Positions 53,044 to 63,106 of a stretch of 64,000 nt of DNA are shown here, piece after piece. The position numbers and the translations under genes are program-made. The DNA comes from Phycisphaeraceae bacterium (GTDB taxonomy: Bacteria; Planctomycetota; Phycisphaerae; Phycisphaerales; Phycisphaeraceae). A model generated the notes under the pieces. It ran no database searches and was not told the DNA's origin. It saw only the letters and a program-made list of their open reading frames with translations. The stretch covers positions 2,528,001 to 2,592,000 of the forward strand of contig OY771506.1 of assembly GCA_963674705.1 (NCBI GenBank). Reading direction: 5' to 3'. Position 1 is the first letter of the stretch. Every line of letters starts with the position of its first letter.

Positions 53044-53922
53044 TTGTCCAGCACACCGATCCCAACGCAGCTATTTGCCGGCCCGGATAAGGCCGAGGCG
53101 TCACTCGTGACGGTGATCAAGCCGCAGCGAGGTCTGTGGGCATTGGACCCGGTCGGACTGTGGCGTCGTCGTGAGCTGGCGTGGGTGCTTGCATTGCGAG
53201 ACCTGCGCGTGCGGTATAAGCAGACACTGCTCGGGATCGCCTGGGCGGTGATTCAGCCTTTGGCGACAATGGTGGTGTTACACATCTTCTTCGGGCGCGT
53301 GATGGGCATGGCAGAGAAGGTCGGCGATGTGCCTTACCCCGTGTTTTTGTATGCGGGACTCTTGCCTTGGACATTGTTCTCTAATGCGGTGACTGCATCG
53401 AGCAATAGCCTGGTCGGCAACGCGCATATCCTCAGCAAGGTTTATTTTCCCCGACTGTTGTTGCCTTTATCCGCCACGATCGTGCCGGTGATCGATTACT
53501 GCATCGCTTTTATTGTGCTGGCAGGATTGATGCTCTGGTTCCAAGTGCCTTTGTCTTGGGACATGGTCCTGTTGGCGCCGCTGGTGGTCTCGACCATTAT
53601 CGCGGTGCTTGGGGTTGGGATTCTGCTTGCGAGTCTGACCGTCAGCTACCGGGACTTTCGTTATGTGGTCCCGTTCATGTTGCAGTTGTGGTTTTTCATG
53701 ACGCCGGTGATTTATGGTCTGGACTTCGTGCCGGAGCGTTACCAGTGGCTGATGAACCTGAATCCGATGGCGGGCACGATCGATGCCTTCCGCGCGGTTG
53801 TGTTAGGCCAACCAGTGAACTACGCGGCGTGGCTGGTTTCGACGACCTCTGCTGCGTTGACGCTGGTGATCGGTCTGATGTGGTTTGCCAAGCTCGAACG
53901 GAAGTTCGCGGACGTGGTGTGA
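53044..53922 (+). CDS. wzm: Polysaccharide ABC transporter permease
   Basis: RDLRVRYKQTLLGIAW, KVYFPR, YRDFRY, FMTPVIY, LNPM; TTG start with AGGAG. Confidence 0.93.
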   Translation: MSSTPIPTQLFAGPDKAEASLVTVIKPQRGLWALDPVGLWRRRELAWVLALRDLRVRYKQTLLGIAWAVIQPLATMVVLHIFFGRVMGMAEKVGDVPYPVFLYAGLLPWTLFSNAVTASSNSLVGNAHILSKVYFPRLLLPLSATIVPVIDYCIAFIVLAGLMLWFQVPLSWDMVLLAPLVVSTIIAVLGVGILLASLTVSYRDFRYVVPFMLQLWFFMTPVIYGLDFVPERYQWLMNLNPMAGTIDAFRAVVLGQPVNYAAWLVSTTSAALTLVIGLMWFAKLERKFADVV

Positions 53923-53935
53923 TTAGGTATTACGT

Positions 53936-55216
53936 ATGAGCCAACCGGCGATCCAGGTTGAAGGTTTGAGTAAAAAGTACCGTCTAGGTCAGACGCGTAC
54001 GCTGCGCCAGCGTTTGGCTTCGATGTTGCGTGCAACGAATACAGAACAAGCGGATTCATTGCAATCCGGGACATTCTGGGCGCTGCGTGATGTATCATTC
54101 AGTCTGCAGCCGGGGCGCGTGCTGGGAGTGGTTGGGCACAACGGAGCGGGCAAGAGCACGCTGTTGAAGTTGCTTTCGCGGATCACAGACCCGACTTCAG
54201 GATCAGCCGCGATCCGTGGACGGGTTGCTAGCCTGCTGGAAGTTGGCACGGGATTTCATCCCGAACTGACGGGTCGTGAAAACATCTTCCTTAATGGTGC
54301 GATCCTCGGCCTGAAGCAGAACGAGATCAAGCGGCACTTTGAGCGTATCGTGGACTTCGCTGAGGTGGGTCGTTTTCTGGATACGCCGGTGAAGCGTTAT
54401 TCAAGCGGTATGTATGTACGGCTTGCTTTTGCTATCGCGGCACATCTTGAGCCGGAAGTATTGATCGTCGACGAGGTGCTGGCGGTGGGAGACGCATCTT
54501 TCCAACGCAAATGCTTAGGCAAGATGGGAGATGTAGCCAGAGGTGGTCGTACGGTTGTGTTTGTCAGCCACAATATGGCGGCGGTCCGCAATCTGTGCCA
54601 TGAAGCGATTCTGTTAAACAGCGGATGTATCGAACGCCACGGCAACACTGATGAGGTCATTGACGCCTACCTGAACCGGATGTTTGCCGGCTCATCTGAT
54701 GATGGTGAAATTGGTTGGGACCTGCCCGACGCGCCGGGGGGCGAAGAGGTCCGTTTGCTGCGTGTTCGGGCAATCGATGAGGCGGGATCGCCGCGTGGTG
54801 TGTTCGATCTGTCCGAAGATATCCGTGTTGAGATGACTTACCGTGTGCTCAAACCCCTTGAAGATATGCGCTGGGTGATCAAGGTGATTTGTGACGATGG
54901 TTCGATCGCCTTGGCGACAACGGATCACACTCAACGTGAACCTGGCACAAAGCCGGGTGTTTACTGTAGCACGTGCATCATCCCCAGGAAGTTACTCAAT
55001 GCCGGGCGGTACAGCTTGCGGATCAATGCGGGATGTCCCGGCATCAAGGAGTACGTACCGGGGCAATCATTCATCCGGTTCCAGACAACCCGATCGACGG
55101 ATCATGGCTCATACTACGCTGAGAAGTGGCCGGGTGCAGTTGCTCCTTCCCTTGAGTGGGAGCAGCAGACTGTTGAACAGGCAAATGCTGATGAGACGAT
55201 CCGAGAAGCCGCTTAA
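53936..55216 (+). CDS. wzt: Polysaccharide ABC transporter ATPase with C-terminal Wzt_C domain
   Basis: GHNGAGKSTL, FHPELTGREN, YSSGMYVRLAFA, DEVLAVGD, plus a C-terminal extension. Confidence 0.95.
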   Translation: MSQPAIQVEGLSKKYRLGQTRTLRQRLASMLRATNTEQADSLQSGTFWALRDVSFSLQPGRVLGVVGHNGAGKSTLLKLLSRITDPTSGSAAIRGRVASLLEVGTGFHPELTGRENIFLNGAILGLKQNEIKRHFERIVDFAEVGRFLDTPVKRYSSGMYVRLAFAIAAHLEPEVLIVDEVLAVGDASFQRKCLGKMGDVARGGRTVVFVSHNMAAVRNLCHEAILLNSGCIERHGNTDEVIDAYLNRMFAGSSDDGEIGWDLPDAPGGEEVRLLRVRAIDEAGSPRGVFDLSEDIRVEMTYRVLKPLEDMRWVIKVICDDGSIALATTDHTQREPGTKPGVYCSTCIIPRKLLNAGRYSLRINAGCPGIKEYVPGQSFIRFQTTRSTDHGSYYAEKWPGAVAPSLEWEQQTVEQANADETIREAA

Positions 55217-55229
55217 GGAAGGGTTCGCG

Positions 55230-56063
55230 ATGCGTTGGATCGATAAGTTATGGCGATCGGAGCGGGAGTTTGAGCAAGACGGTAGCACTGCGCGCCCCAG
55301 GATATATGACGATGACCTGTTTCTCGTGTCTTATCCGAAGTCGGGCAACACGTGGATGCGTTTTTTGCTGGCGAACCTGATGCGCATTGATCTCGAAGGG
55401 TTTGATGCTGAGCCGATTGACTTCAATTCAGCGGTTCAATACGTGCCGGAATATGAATTGCATACTGATGCAGTAGATGCCGCAGCCCGACCTCGGATCC
55501 TCAAAAGTCATACGGAATATGATGCGAGCTTCCCGCGTGTCGTGTATCTGGTACGTGATCCGCGAGATGTTTATGTTTCATATTACCATTACCTTCGCAA
55601 AAGATTGCCGGAGGGTTTTACCCTTAATGACTTCTTGCAGAAGCAAGACCTGCACCCGTGTCATTGGCATGAACATGTGACGGGTTGGATCGATCAGCCC
55701 AACGTGTTGACTATCCGGTACGAAGACATGCTGGCCGATACAGCGATGCAAGTGCATAATCTCGTGGCTTACTGGCGTCAACGCGGTTTTACAGATGAAC
55801 AAATCGATGTGGCCGTGAGTCGCTCTTCATTCAATAACATGAAACAAATCGAACAATCCGGCGGTCGACCATTCCGTAGCGAGCGGCACCGCGAGCTTTC
55901 AACCCCCTTCATGCGAAGTGGAAAAGCCGGGGCCTGGATGCGGCATTTTAGTGAAGGTGACCATCAACTACTGATAGATCGGATGGGCGAGCAGATGGCT
56001 CGCCTTGGCTACGACACCGAATATCCAAGCAGTAACTTGGAAGTAGTTAATAATGCAGTTTGA
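55230..56063 (+). CDS. PAPS-dependent sulfotransferase
   Basis: 5'-PSB SYPKSGNTW, KSH, 3'-PB RDPRDVYVS, RYEDM, FMRSGKAGAW. Confidence 0.93.
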   Translation: MRWIDKLWRSEREFEQDGSTARPRIYDDDLFLVSYPKSGNTWMRFLLANLMRIDLEGFDAEPIDFNSAVQYVPEYELHTDAVDAAARPRILKSHTEYDASFPRVVYLVRDPRDVYVSYYHYLRKRLPEGFTLNDFLQKQDLHPCHWHEHVTGWIDQPNVLTIRYEDMLADTAMQVHNLVAYWRQRGFTDEQIDVAVSRSSFNNMKQIEQSGGRPFRSERHRELSTPFMRSGKAGAWMRHFSEGDHQLLIDRMGEQMARLGYDTEYPSSNLEVVNNAV

Positions 56064-56110
56064 TTCTACTGAGCGCAAGAGACAAGAATAAATTGTGGTT
56101 GAAGTGAATA

Positions 56111-58339
56111 ATGCTACAAGAACTTCTACATGACACGTTGACAATGACATCTGTTGTAGGTAGAGACCTGCGACGGCGTTGGCTGTCCTCTGTCATGCCC
56201 AAGAAGCCGACCACGATCAATCTACTGGTCAACGATATCTGCAATTCTCGTTGCGTGATGTGCAATATATGGCAACAGAAGCGAGATAAGGAATTTACCC
56301 CCGATCAGTTGGCATCCATCCTTATGGATGAACTCTATAGCCGGGTTGAGTATGTGGGTGTATCCGGCGGCGAACCGACACTGAGGCGGGACCTGCCCGA
56401 GTTGTTCAGTGTAATCTGCCGAAAATTACCGAGCCTCAAGGGTACGGGCATTATTACCAACGCGATACGTGACCAGGATGTGATCGAACGTGTCGAGGCA
56501 TCCGCCAAGATCTGTGCCACAAGGCATATCGACTTCAATGTGATGGTATCGCTTGATGGTCTCGGTGATGTGCACGACCAAATACGCGGTAAGAGAGGTA
56601 ACTTCGAATCCGCGATCCGTGTGATTGAAGACTTCAAGAGTCGATTGCACCTGCCCTTATCGGTTGGGTGCACTGTTACCAAGACGAATCTCTGGCACGT
56701 CGGTGAGTTACTCGAGTACTGCAAGGCTAACGATATCTACGCCCGCTTCCGCATCGGCGAGTTTGTGCAAAGGCTGTATAACTTCGGACAAATGGCCCAC
56801 ATCCGTGGCTTCAATGATGATGAGTCTTATCATCTGGCGATGTTCTTCACGCAACTCGACCGGGAATACGAGACGCGAAACGCGGTTCGTAGAACGTATC
56901 GTAATATCGCCGGTATGCTGCTAGGGCGGCCGCGTCAGACAGCCTGTCCGTATCAGGATCAGGCGGTTGTACTTGATTGCCGGGGCAACCTTCAATACTG
57001 CGCGCCGAAGTCGAACACAATCGGCAACGCTTTAGAAGATTCATCTTTTAAAGTGTTTGTCCGCAAGCTGGATGAACGAAATCGCATCCGTAAAAAGGAT
57101 TGTGCGACCTGTATCCACGATTATCACGGGCGGCTTACCCGCGGAGAATGGCTAGGCGAAGTGACCGCCAAGTATTGCGGCCGGGCGCTCAGTATACGAA
57201 ACGCTTTACGTCTGGCGAACCGTTTGCCTGCTCGTGAAGGGGAGGCCCCCTCTGACGGACCCGGCAGCATTCTGATCACTGGATGGTACGGCACAGAGAC
57301 GGTCGGAGACAAAGCTATCTTGGGTAGCATCGTCAATGACTACAGGTCGCGTTATCCGGAAGCACGTATCAGTGTGACGAGTCTGTATCCTTTCGTGACT
57401 GAACGCACGTTGCGAGAGCTTGGTGTCGATGCACAGGTCATACCCGTGTACAGCCCGCGATTCTTCAAGGCGTGTGCAACGCACGATGAACTGGTCATGG
57501 GTGGCGGGCCTTTGATGGACCTTGGTGAATTGGGTGTGATTCTGGCTGCATTCGCTATCGCTGCTGCTGCGGGTAAACGGCGTGTGGTATATGGCTGTGG
57601 GCTCGGACCGTTGAAGGATGCTTCCTGTATTGAGGCGGTAAAGCGCATTCTGGGATTAGCGGACGAGGTGATGCTGCGTGATAACGCCAGTGTCGTATGG
57701 GCGATGGAATTGGCCGGCCGTGATGATATTCAGCAAATAGCTGACCCGGCAGCATCCTATGTCACCCATCGCCGTGAAACACTGCCGAGCGTGGTTAAAC
57801 AGCCTGTGCTCGCATGCTTTCTGCGTCAGTGGCCTGCTGGGTACCGCGGTTCACGCTCGGTTGATGAATATGAGCAGATGCGCGAGCAGTTTGAGCAAAG
57901 GCTTGGAGAGCAGGTGCATCAAGCATGTGAATCGCTTGGGTTGAGACCCGCGCTCTACAGCATGCATACTTTCTTTGAGGGGTGTGATGATCGTCGCTTT
58001 AATCGCAGCTTTGCAGACAGGTATCTGACAGAATTAAATCCAATCGTTGATATTCGTCCGTCTAGCGTGGATTCTATTGTCCAGGCAATGCTAGGTGCGC
58101 AGGTGTGTTTATCAATGCGATTCCACTCGGTTTTGTTTGCTTACACTCTCGGCAAGCCATTTGTTGCAATCGACTATACTCAAGGCGGTAAGATCAAAGG
58201 CTTCCTGACAGATCACGACGCATCGGATCGGATGGTGTGTCTGGACGATGTGATCAATAGTGATGCAGCACTACTGACAAACCATTACGCAAAGCAGGGT
58301 GTTGTGCCTCGAGTTGCCCCAGAGGGGGTGGCTGCATGA
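56111..58339 (+). CDS. Radical SAM (SPASM/twitch)-polysaccharide pyruvyltransferase-like fusion protein
   Basis: N-half: CNSRCVMC, SGGEP, SLDG and a Cys-rich auxiliary region. C-half: ITGWYGTETVGDKAIL, MGGGPLMD, GCGLGP, LRD..S, ADPA, MRFHS. Confidence 0.85.
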   Translation: MLQELLHDTLTMTSVVGRDLRRRWLSSVMPKKPTTINLLVNDICNSRCVMCNIWQQKRDKEFTPDQLASILMDELYSRVEYVGVSGGEPTLRRDLPELFSVICRKLPSLKGTGIITNAIRDQDVIERVEASAKICATRHIDFNVMVSLDGLGDVHDQIRGKRGNFESAIRVIEDFKSRLHLPLSVGCTVTKTNLWHVGELLEYCKANDIYARFRIGEFVQRLYNFGQMAHIRGFNDDESYHLAMFFTQLDREYETRNAVRRTYRNIAGMLLGRPRQTACPYQDQAVVLDCRGNLQYCAPKSNTIGNALEDSSFKVFVRKLDERNRIRKKDCATCIHDYHGRLTRGEWLGEVTAKYCGRALSIRNALRLANRLPAREGEAPSDGPGSILITGWYGTETVGDKAILGSIVNDYRSRYPEARISVTSLYPFVTERTLRELGVDAQVIPVYSPRFFKACATHDELVMGGGPLMDLGELGVILAAFAIAAAAGKRRVVYGCGLGPLKDASCIEAVKRILGLADEVMLRDNASVVWAMELAGRDDIQQIADPAASYVTHRRETLPSVVKQPVLACFLRQWPAGYRGSRSVDEYEQMREQFEQRLGEQVHQACESLGLRPALYSMHTFFEGCDDRRFNRSFADRYLTELNPIVDIRPSSVDSIVQAMLGAQVCLSMRFHSVLFAYTLGKPFVAIDYTQGGKIKGFLTDHDASDRMVCLDDVINSDAALLTNHYAKQGVVPRVAPEGVAA

Positions 58340-59619
58340 GGGTGCTGATTCTTTGTGATGTACAGCGGAAGGGTGGTGCTGGGATCGCCGCGCACAGGCT
58401 TGCCTCTGCGCTTACTCTGTATGGTCATGAGGTGCACTGGGCGACACCTTATCCCACTTCCTCGTGTGACATCACGACACACAATTGTCGTGAGTATTCC
58501 ACGGGTGCGCGTGTTATACACAAAGCTCTCAACATGTTGCAGCCTGCCAGACGTCAGACTTTCGAGTCACATGCGATTGTTCGTCGCCTGAAGCAGATTG
58601 TCAGCGATATCAAGCCGGATGTTGTGAACGTACATAACCTTCACGGCGCATCGTTGCCTGCCACTCTCCCGGCCGAATTGTCGCAGATCGTGCCTGTTGT
58701 GTGGACGTTACACGATATGTGGGCGTTCACCGGCACATGTGCGTATTCGATGGGTTGCCGAAAGTTTGAGTCATACTGTGATAGTCATTGCCCGATGGCG
58801 GATGAGTATCCAAGCAGCCCGGCCTCTCAGGTGGGGTACCTCTATGAACAGCGCAAGAAAGCTTTGGCGGAAGCGGGTCGGTTAGCATTTGCCACCCCAT
58901 CCCAATGGCTGGCTGATGAAGCAGTCAAGGGGATGCTGAATGGTTTTGATGTTAGGGCGATTCCCAACTGCATCGAGTTGGACCAATTTGTCCCGGTTGA
59001 TAAGGATGCCGCACGTCAAGGATTGAATCTGCCGCTTGGTCGGCCGGTTCTTGTTACGACAGCTACGCCGGGTGATCCACGCAAAGGTGCTTCTGTTTTG
59101 TATGAGGCGATGAAACTGTTGGGGCGCCCGAATACGATCATGCTTCAGCTTGGCGGTGATTATAAAAACGGTGTTGAGCATTGGGACCATCGCGTGCTTG
59201 AGGGTGTAGATGACCCCCGACTCATGCGCATTGTCTACAGCGCCGCCGATGCACACATCCTGCCGACGCTTGCGGATAACCTGCCTAACACCTTGCTGGA
59301 AGCAGCCGCCTGTGGCGTGCCAAGCATCGCGTCGGATGTCGGAGGTGTGGGTGAAGCGATCATCAATAGCGAAACCGGATGGCTGGTCCCTCCATCAGAC
59401 GCAGATGCGCTGGCTCAAAAGATCGGTGTCGCGATCGACCTCAACGTCAAACACAATCAGGCGATCCGTACCAGATGCCGGGCATTTGCTGAAGCCCAAT
59501 TCGCTCCTGCGATTCAAGCAAAACGTTACACCGAACTATTTGAGCAGACGATCAATCAAGATCTGGCTCAAAATGACATTCTTACGCAAATCAGTTCAAT
59601 GAGCGGGGAGGCTGCGTAA
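58336..59619 (+). CDS. Glycosyltransferase family 4 (WcaC-like)
   Basis: GGAGIAA, HNLHG, WTLHDMW, DPRKG, DNLPNTLLEAAACG. Confidence 0.92.
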   Translation: MRVLILCDVQRKGGAGIAAHRLASALTLYGHEVHWATPYPTSSCDITTHNCREYSTGARVIHKALNMLQPARRQTFESHAIVRRLKQIVSDIKPDVVNVHNLHGASLPATLPAELSQIVPVVWTLHDMWAFTGTCAYSMGCRKFESYCDSHCPMADEYPSSPASQVGYLYEQRKKALAEAGRLAFATPSQWLADEAVKGMLNGFDVRAIPNCIELDQFVPVDKDAARQGLNLPLGRPVLVTTATPGDPRKGASVLYEAMKLLGRPNTIMLQLGGDYKNGVEHWDHRVLEGVDDPRLMRIVYSAADAHILPTLADNLPNTLLEAAACGVPSIASDVGGVGEAIINSETGWLVPPSDADALAQKIGVAIDLNVKHNQAIRTRCRAFAEAQFAPAIQAKRYTELFEQTINQDLAQNDILTQISSMSGEAA

Positions 59620-60500
59620 TGTCCAATACTGTTCAGCAACCAAAGATCAGTGTTGTCATGGTCGATGGCGCGTTCCGTGAGCGGTACGACTCGATCGACT
59701 TCATGGCAAAGCAGAACCTGCCTGCTGACAGATACGAACTGATCTGGGTTGAGTACTTCGACAAGATTGATCCTGACTTGCAACAGCGGATCGACACTGC
59801 GAGTAAGACGCATAACTTTCGAACAATCACGCTGGGCCGGAAGGGGCACTACCATTCATCGTATTGCTTCAATCGGGGGATAATCGAGGCGAAGGGTGAA
59901 CTGCTCGTCATCCCCGACGCCGATGTCATTGCCGAGCCTAACTTCCTTGAAAAGGTATTACAGGATCACGCCGGGTATGACCGGCTTGTGACATATTATC
60001 ACCGGTACAACGAGCCCGAATCACAGCGGGCAGAACAGGTTGATATCGAACATCTACGAGATGTCTGCGAACTGACGAACCCCTCAAACCATGGGGCATG
60101 CATCGCGACACGCCGCAAGTGGTTTATCGAGATTAATGGCTACGAGCAGAGCCCCATCTTCGCAACAGGTTTTCACGCCAATGATAAAGATGTCTATGCA
60201 CGGCTATGCAGTCTTGGCCTGATGGTTCGTTGGAACCCGGATGTGAAACTCTATCATCCCTGGCACGCAATGACCGGTGAACTCACACCACACTACAAGC
60301 CACAGCTTGATGTCATCAGTTGGCGCGGGCGAACTTTGTCCACACGGCCATTCCAGGGCCTGGTTACATCGCTCAACACGATCCCACCGCAGCGTTACAT
60401 CGATATTGAGAACTGGTTGAAGTCTATTGATGAGCCCAGGTGGAAGAAGGTCGCGGGTAAGTTACGCAAGATCGCGGGTATCGAAAGGCGGGCGGCATGA
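59619..60500 (+). CDS. Glycosyltransferase, GT-A fold (family 2-like)
   Basis: NRGIIEAKGELLVIPDAD, INGYE, YHPWH. Confidence 0.8.
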   Translation: MSNTVQQPKISVVMVDGAFRERYDSIDFMAKQNLPADRYELIWVEYFDKIDPDLQQRIDTASKTHNFRTITLGRKGHYHSSYCFNRGIIEAKGELLVIPDADVIAEPNFLEKVLQDHAGYDRLVTYYHRYNEPESQRAEQVDIEHLRDVCELTNPSNHGACIATRRKWFIEINGYEQSPIFATGFHANDKDVYARLCSLGLMVRWNPDVKLYHPWHAMTGELTPHYKPQLDVISWRGRTLSTRPFQGLVTSLNTIPPQRYIDIENWLKSIDEPRWKKVAGKLRKIAGIERRAA

Positions 60501-61432
60501 GTGAAGTTAATCCTGGTGCTGGCGGCAAACCAAGGGTGTCTGTGTTGATGCCCGTCTATAATGCGCAGGCTTATCTTGTGGAAGCAATCGACTGTATCCT
60601 CGCACAGACCTTTAGCGATTGGGAGCTGATCTGTGTCAATGACGGCTCAACCGACGCCTCACAAGCGATCCTCGATAGTTACGCCAACAGGCATTCACGT
60701 ATCCGAGCGATACATCGGCATAATACGGGTATTGTCGGTGCACTCAACGATGCGTTGGATGCGGCTAACGGCGAATACATCGCGCGTATGGATGCTGATG
60801 ACTGGTGCGCGGAAGTCCGCTTTCAGCAACAGGTGAAGTACCTAGATGAGCACGTTGATTGTGTCGCTGTTGGTACGTATGTGCAGCGGACTGATCCTTA
60901 CGGCTCACCGGCCGGTTCGCAGGAGCCGCCAACCGATCACGAGACTATTGATGCGGCATTACTCGCGGGTGATGCCAGTGCATTGGTGCATGCGAGTCTT
61001 ATGATGCGCGCCGATGCACTCCGATCGATAGGCGGCTGGCGAGAGGGTACGGATTGGGTCGAGGATCTGGATCTGTTCTTACGCTTGGCAGAATACGGTA
61101 AACTCTCAAACCTGCCACAGTATCTCTATATCTACCGCCGACATGCACAAAGTGTCTGCTTCAATCGGTATGAGTTGATGTGTCGGCGGTTGAAAGAGGT
61201 ATTGAGAGAAGCCTACGAACGGCGGGGCATTATCAAGCAATACGATGAGCAGATGATCCGCCCGGACCTGGCGCCGAAGCAGTCGGTAGCAGAGCACTAC
61301 CGCAACTGGGCGTGTTATGCGATCCATGCTGGCAACGGCACACTGGCTCGCAAGCATGCGATCGATGCACTGAAGCGTTCCCCGTTATCACCACGAACAT
61401 GGAAAGTCGCTTACTGGGCTTTGGCAGCCTGA
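60497..61432 (+). CDS. Glycosyltransferase family 2
   Basis: VSVLMPVYN, NDGSTD, ARMDADD, EDLDL. Confidence 0.93.
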   Translation: MSEVNPGAGGKPRVSVLMPVYNAQAYLVEAIDCILAQTFSDWELICVNDGSTDASQAILDSYANRHSRIRAIHRHNTGIVGALNDALDAANGEYIARMDADDWCAEVRFQQQVKYLDEHVDCVAVGTYVQRTDPYGSPAGSQEPPTDHETIDAALLAGDASALVHASLMMRADALRSIGGWREGTDWVEDLDLFLRLAEYGKLSNLPQYLYIYRRHAQSVCFNRYELMCRRLKEVLREAYERRGIIKQYDEQMIRPDLAPKQSVAEHYRNWACYAIHAGNGTLARKHAIDALKRSPLSPRTWKVAYWALAA

Positions 61433-61436
61433 AGCC

Positions 61437-62225
61437 GTGAGGTATCTGATGAGCCTGAAGACAATCAAACAAGCCTACTGGCGATTGCTGAATGCCTGGA
61501 ACAAGCGCCGGCATCCTGTCAGTGTTGACTATTCGCCGCACCCGTTTCTCGATGGCATCGAGCGCAATCTCCCAACGGATCATGACGGAATCGTGATGGT
61601 CGATGGTGGAGCGCATGACGGACAGATGGCCAAACGTTTTGTCGAGCGATTGCCGGGCTTACAGGTACATTGTTTCGAGCCTAACGCCGACTTGTTCCCG
61701 AAACTGCAGCAAAACCTTGCAGGCATTCCAGGTTCGCGACATCAACTTGCACTATCCAGCAAGACGCAGACGCTGAAGATGTTCATCAATGATTCTCCGA
61801 TGACAAGTTCCGTGTTGCCCCGCAATGAGAACAGCGAACGATACTTTGATGCCGTCACACGGATTAAAGAAGTCCGTGAACTGAAGGCAACAAGTCTCGA
61901 CGACTGGTTCGATCATTCGGGCTTGGACCACGTCGACATCATCAAGCTGGACCTCCAAGGCTATGAGCTTGAGGCACTCAAGGGGGCCAGGCGTCTCTTA
62001 GCACGTGGCGTAGCTTGTATCTATCTCGAAGTGAATTACGTGCCTTTCTATGAAGGCTCCGCAACGTTCGGCGAGATCGATGTCTTCATGCGAAGCTGCG
62101 GTTACAAGCTGTTCAATTTATACAACACATGCACGCACTTGCCTGAAGGGCACATCGGGTCGGGTGATGCGCTATACGTGTCGGATGTTACAGCGAATGT
62201 ACAACAGCTCAGGGAGGCTGCATGA
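61437..62225 (+). CDS. FkbM family SAM-dependent methyltransferase
   Basis: VDGGAHDG, FEPN, KLDLQGYELEALKGA. Confidence 0.92.
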   Translation: MRYLMSLKTIKQAYWRLLNAWNKRRHPVSVDYSPHPFLDGIERNLPTDHDGIVMVDGGAHDGQMAKRFVERLPGLQVHCFEPNADLFPKLQQNLAGIPGSRHQLALSSKTQTLKMFINDSPMTSSVLPRNENSERYFDAVTRIKEVRELKATSLDDWFDHSGLDHVDIIKLDLQGYELEALKGARRLLARGVACIYLEVNYVPFYEGSATFGEIDVFMRSCGYKLFNLYNTCTHLPEGHIGSGDALYVSDVTANVQQLREAA

Positions 62226-63106
62226 GTCGAAGCGCCTCCATTCCGCCGCATCCACCCGTGACAGCGATCGTGATCTATCGAAACGAGAAGCGTCACCTGG
62301 AAAGATGCCTGCTCGCGTTGCGCTGGTGCAATGAACTCATCGCAGTTGATATGGAATCAAGCGACGGCTCGCGAGAAATCGCACAGGACCTGGCTGACCG
62401 TGTCTTGAGTGTGCCACAGTGTCCGATCGCAGAGCCCACGCGTGTTGCGGCTGCGAGGCTGGCAAAGAATGACTGGGTTCTGCTGGTCGATCCCGACGAA
62501 GTGATACCGCCGACGTTATCTGATGATATCCGTGCTGCTTTGGCGGCGAATCCGAACGCCGGAGCATTCAGTCTTCCGATGTGGTTCTACTTCAAAAGCA
62601 AACGGCTCACAGGAACGGTCTGGGGCACGCTGACGTTCAAGCAGCGTCTGATTCACCGTAAGCGTTGTGACCTGTTGCCGCTTTGCAATCGGATCAGCCA
62701 GATCAAGCCGGGTGAACAGGATGTCCGCATCCAGCACGACGGCGACAACCACATGCGGCACTACTGGTCTGATTCGTATCTCGATCTGCTGCACAAGCAC
62801 TTCGTGCGCTATTCGCATACCGAAGCGGCCGCGATGGTCGCACAGGGTAAGCTGTTTAATCTTAAGCTGGGTTTCATTGCACCATTTGTAGAACTAAGAA
62901 GGACGCTGAAAGACTTTGACGGCTGGCGTATCGGGTTCCGCGGCTGGGCGCTTAGCGGTATTTACTTCGGGTATGTCCTGGCAAGCCATTGGTTGACACT
63001 GTATTACCAATGGAAGGGCGCACCACCTGAAAAACCGGAATTACGCGACCTGCCGGTGTTGACCGACATCACCGACAGGCCGACCACGGAAAGGGCGGCG
63101 GCATGA
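62222..63106 (+). CDS. Glycosyltransferase family 2
   Basis: RNE..L..CL, VDMESSDGS, WVLLVDPDE. Confidence 0.9.
   Translation: MSRSASIPPHPPVTAIVIYRNEKRHLERCLLALRWCNELIAVDMESSDGSREIAQDLADRVLSVPQCPIAEPTRVAAARLAKNDWVLLVDPDEVIPPTLSDDIRAALAANPNAGAFSLPMWFYFKSKRLTGTVWGTLTFKQRLIHRKRCDLLPLCNRISQIKPGEQDVRIQHDGDNHMRHYWSDSYLDLLHKHFVRYSHTEAAAMVAQGKLFNLKLGFIAPFVELRRTLKDFDGWRIGFRGWALSGIYFGYVLASHWLTLYYQWKGAPPEKPELRDLPVLTDITDRPTTERAAA

Noticed and set aside
54891..55229. N-terminal extension of the sulfotransferase ORF in the ORF track
   Set aside because: Overlaps wzt in another frame; ATG 55230 with an AGGAAGG RBS is the plausible start.
56053..56091. 12-aa micro-ORF MQFDSTERKRQE between the sulfotransferase and the rSAM fusion
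   Set aside because: Too short, out of frame with the next gene and without supporting features.
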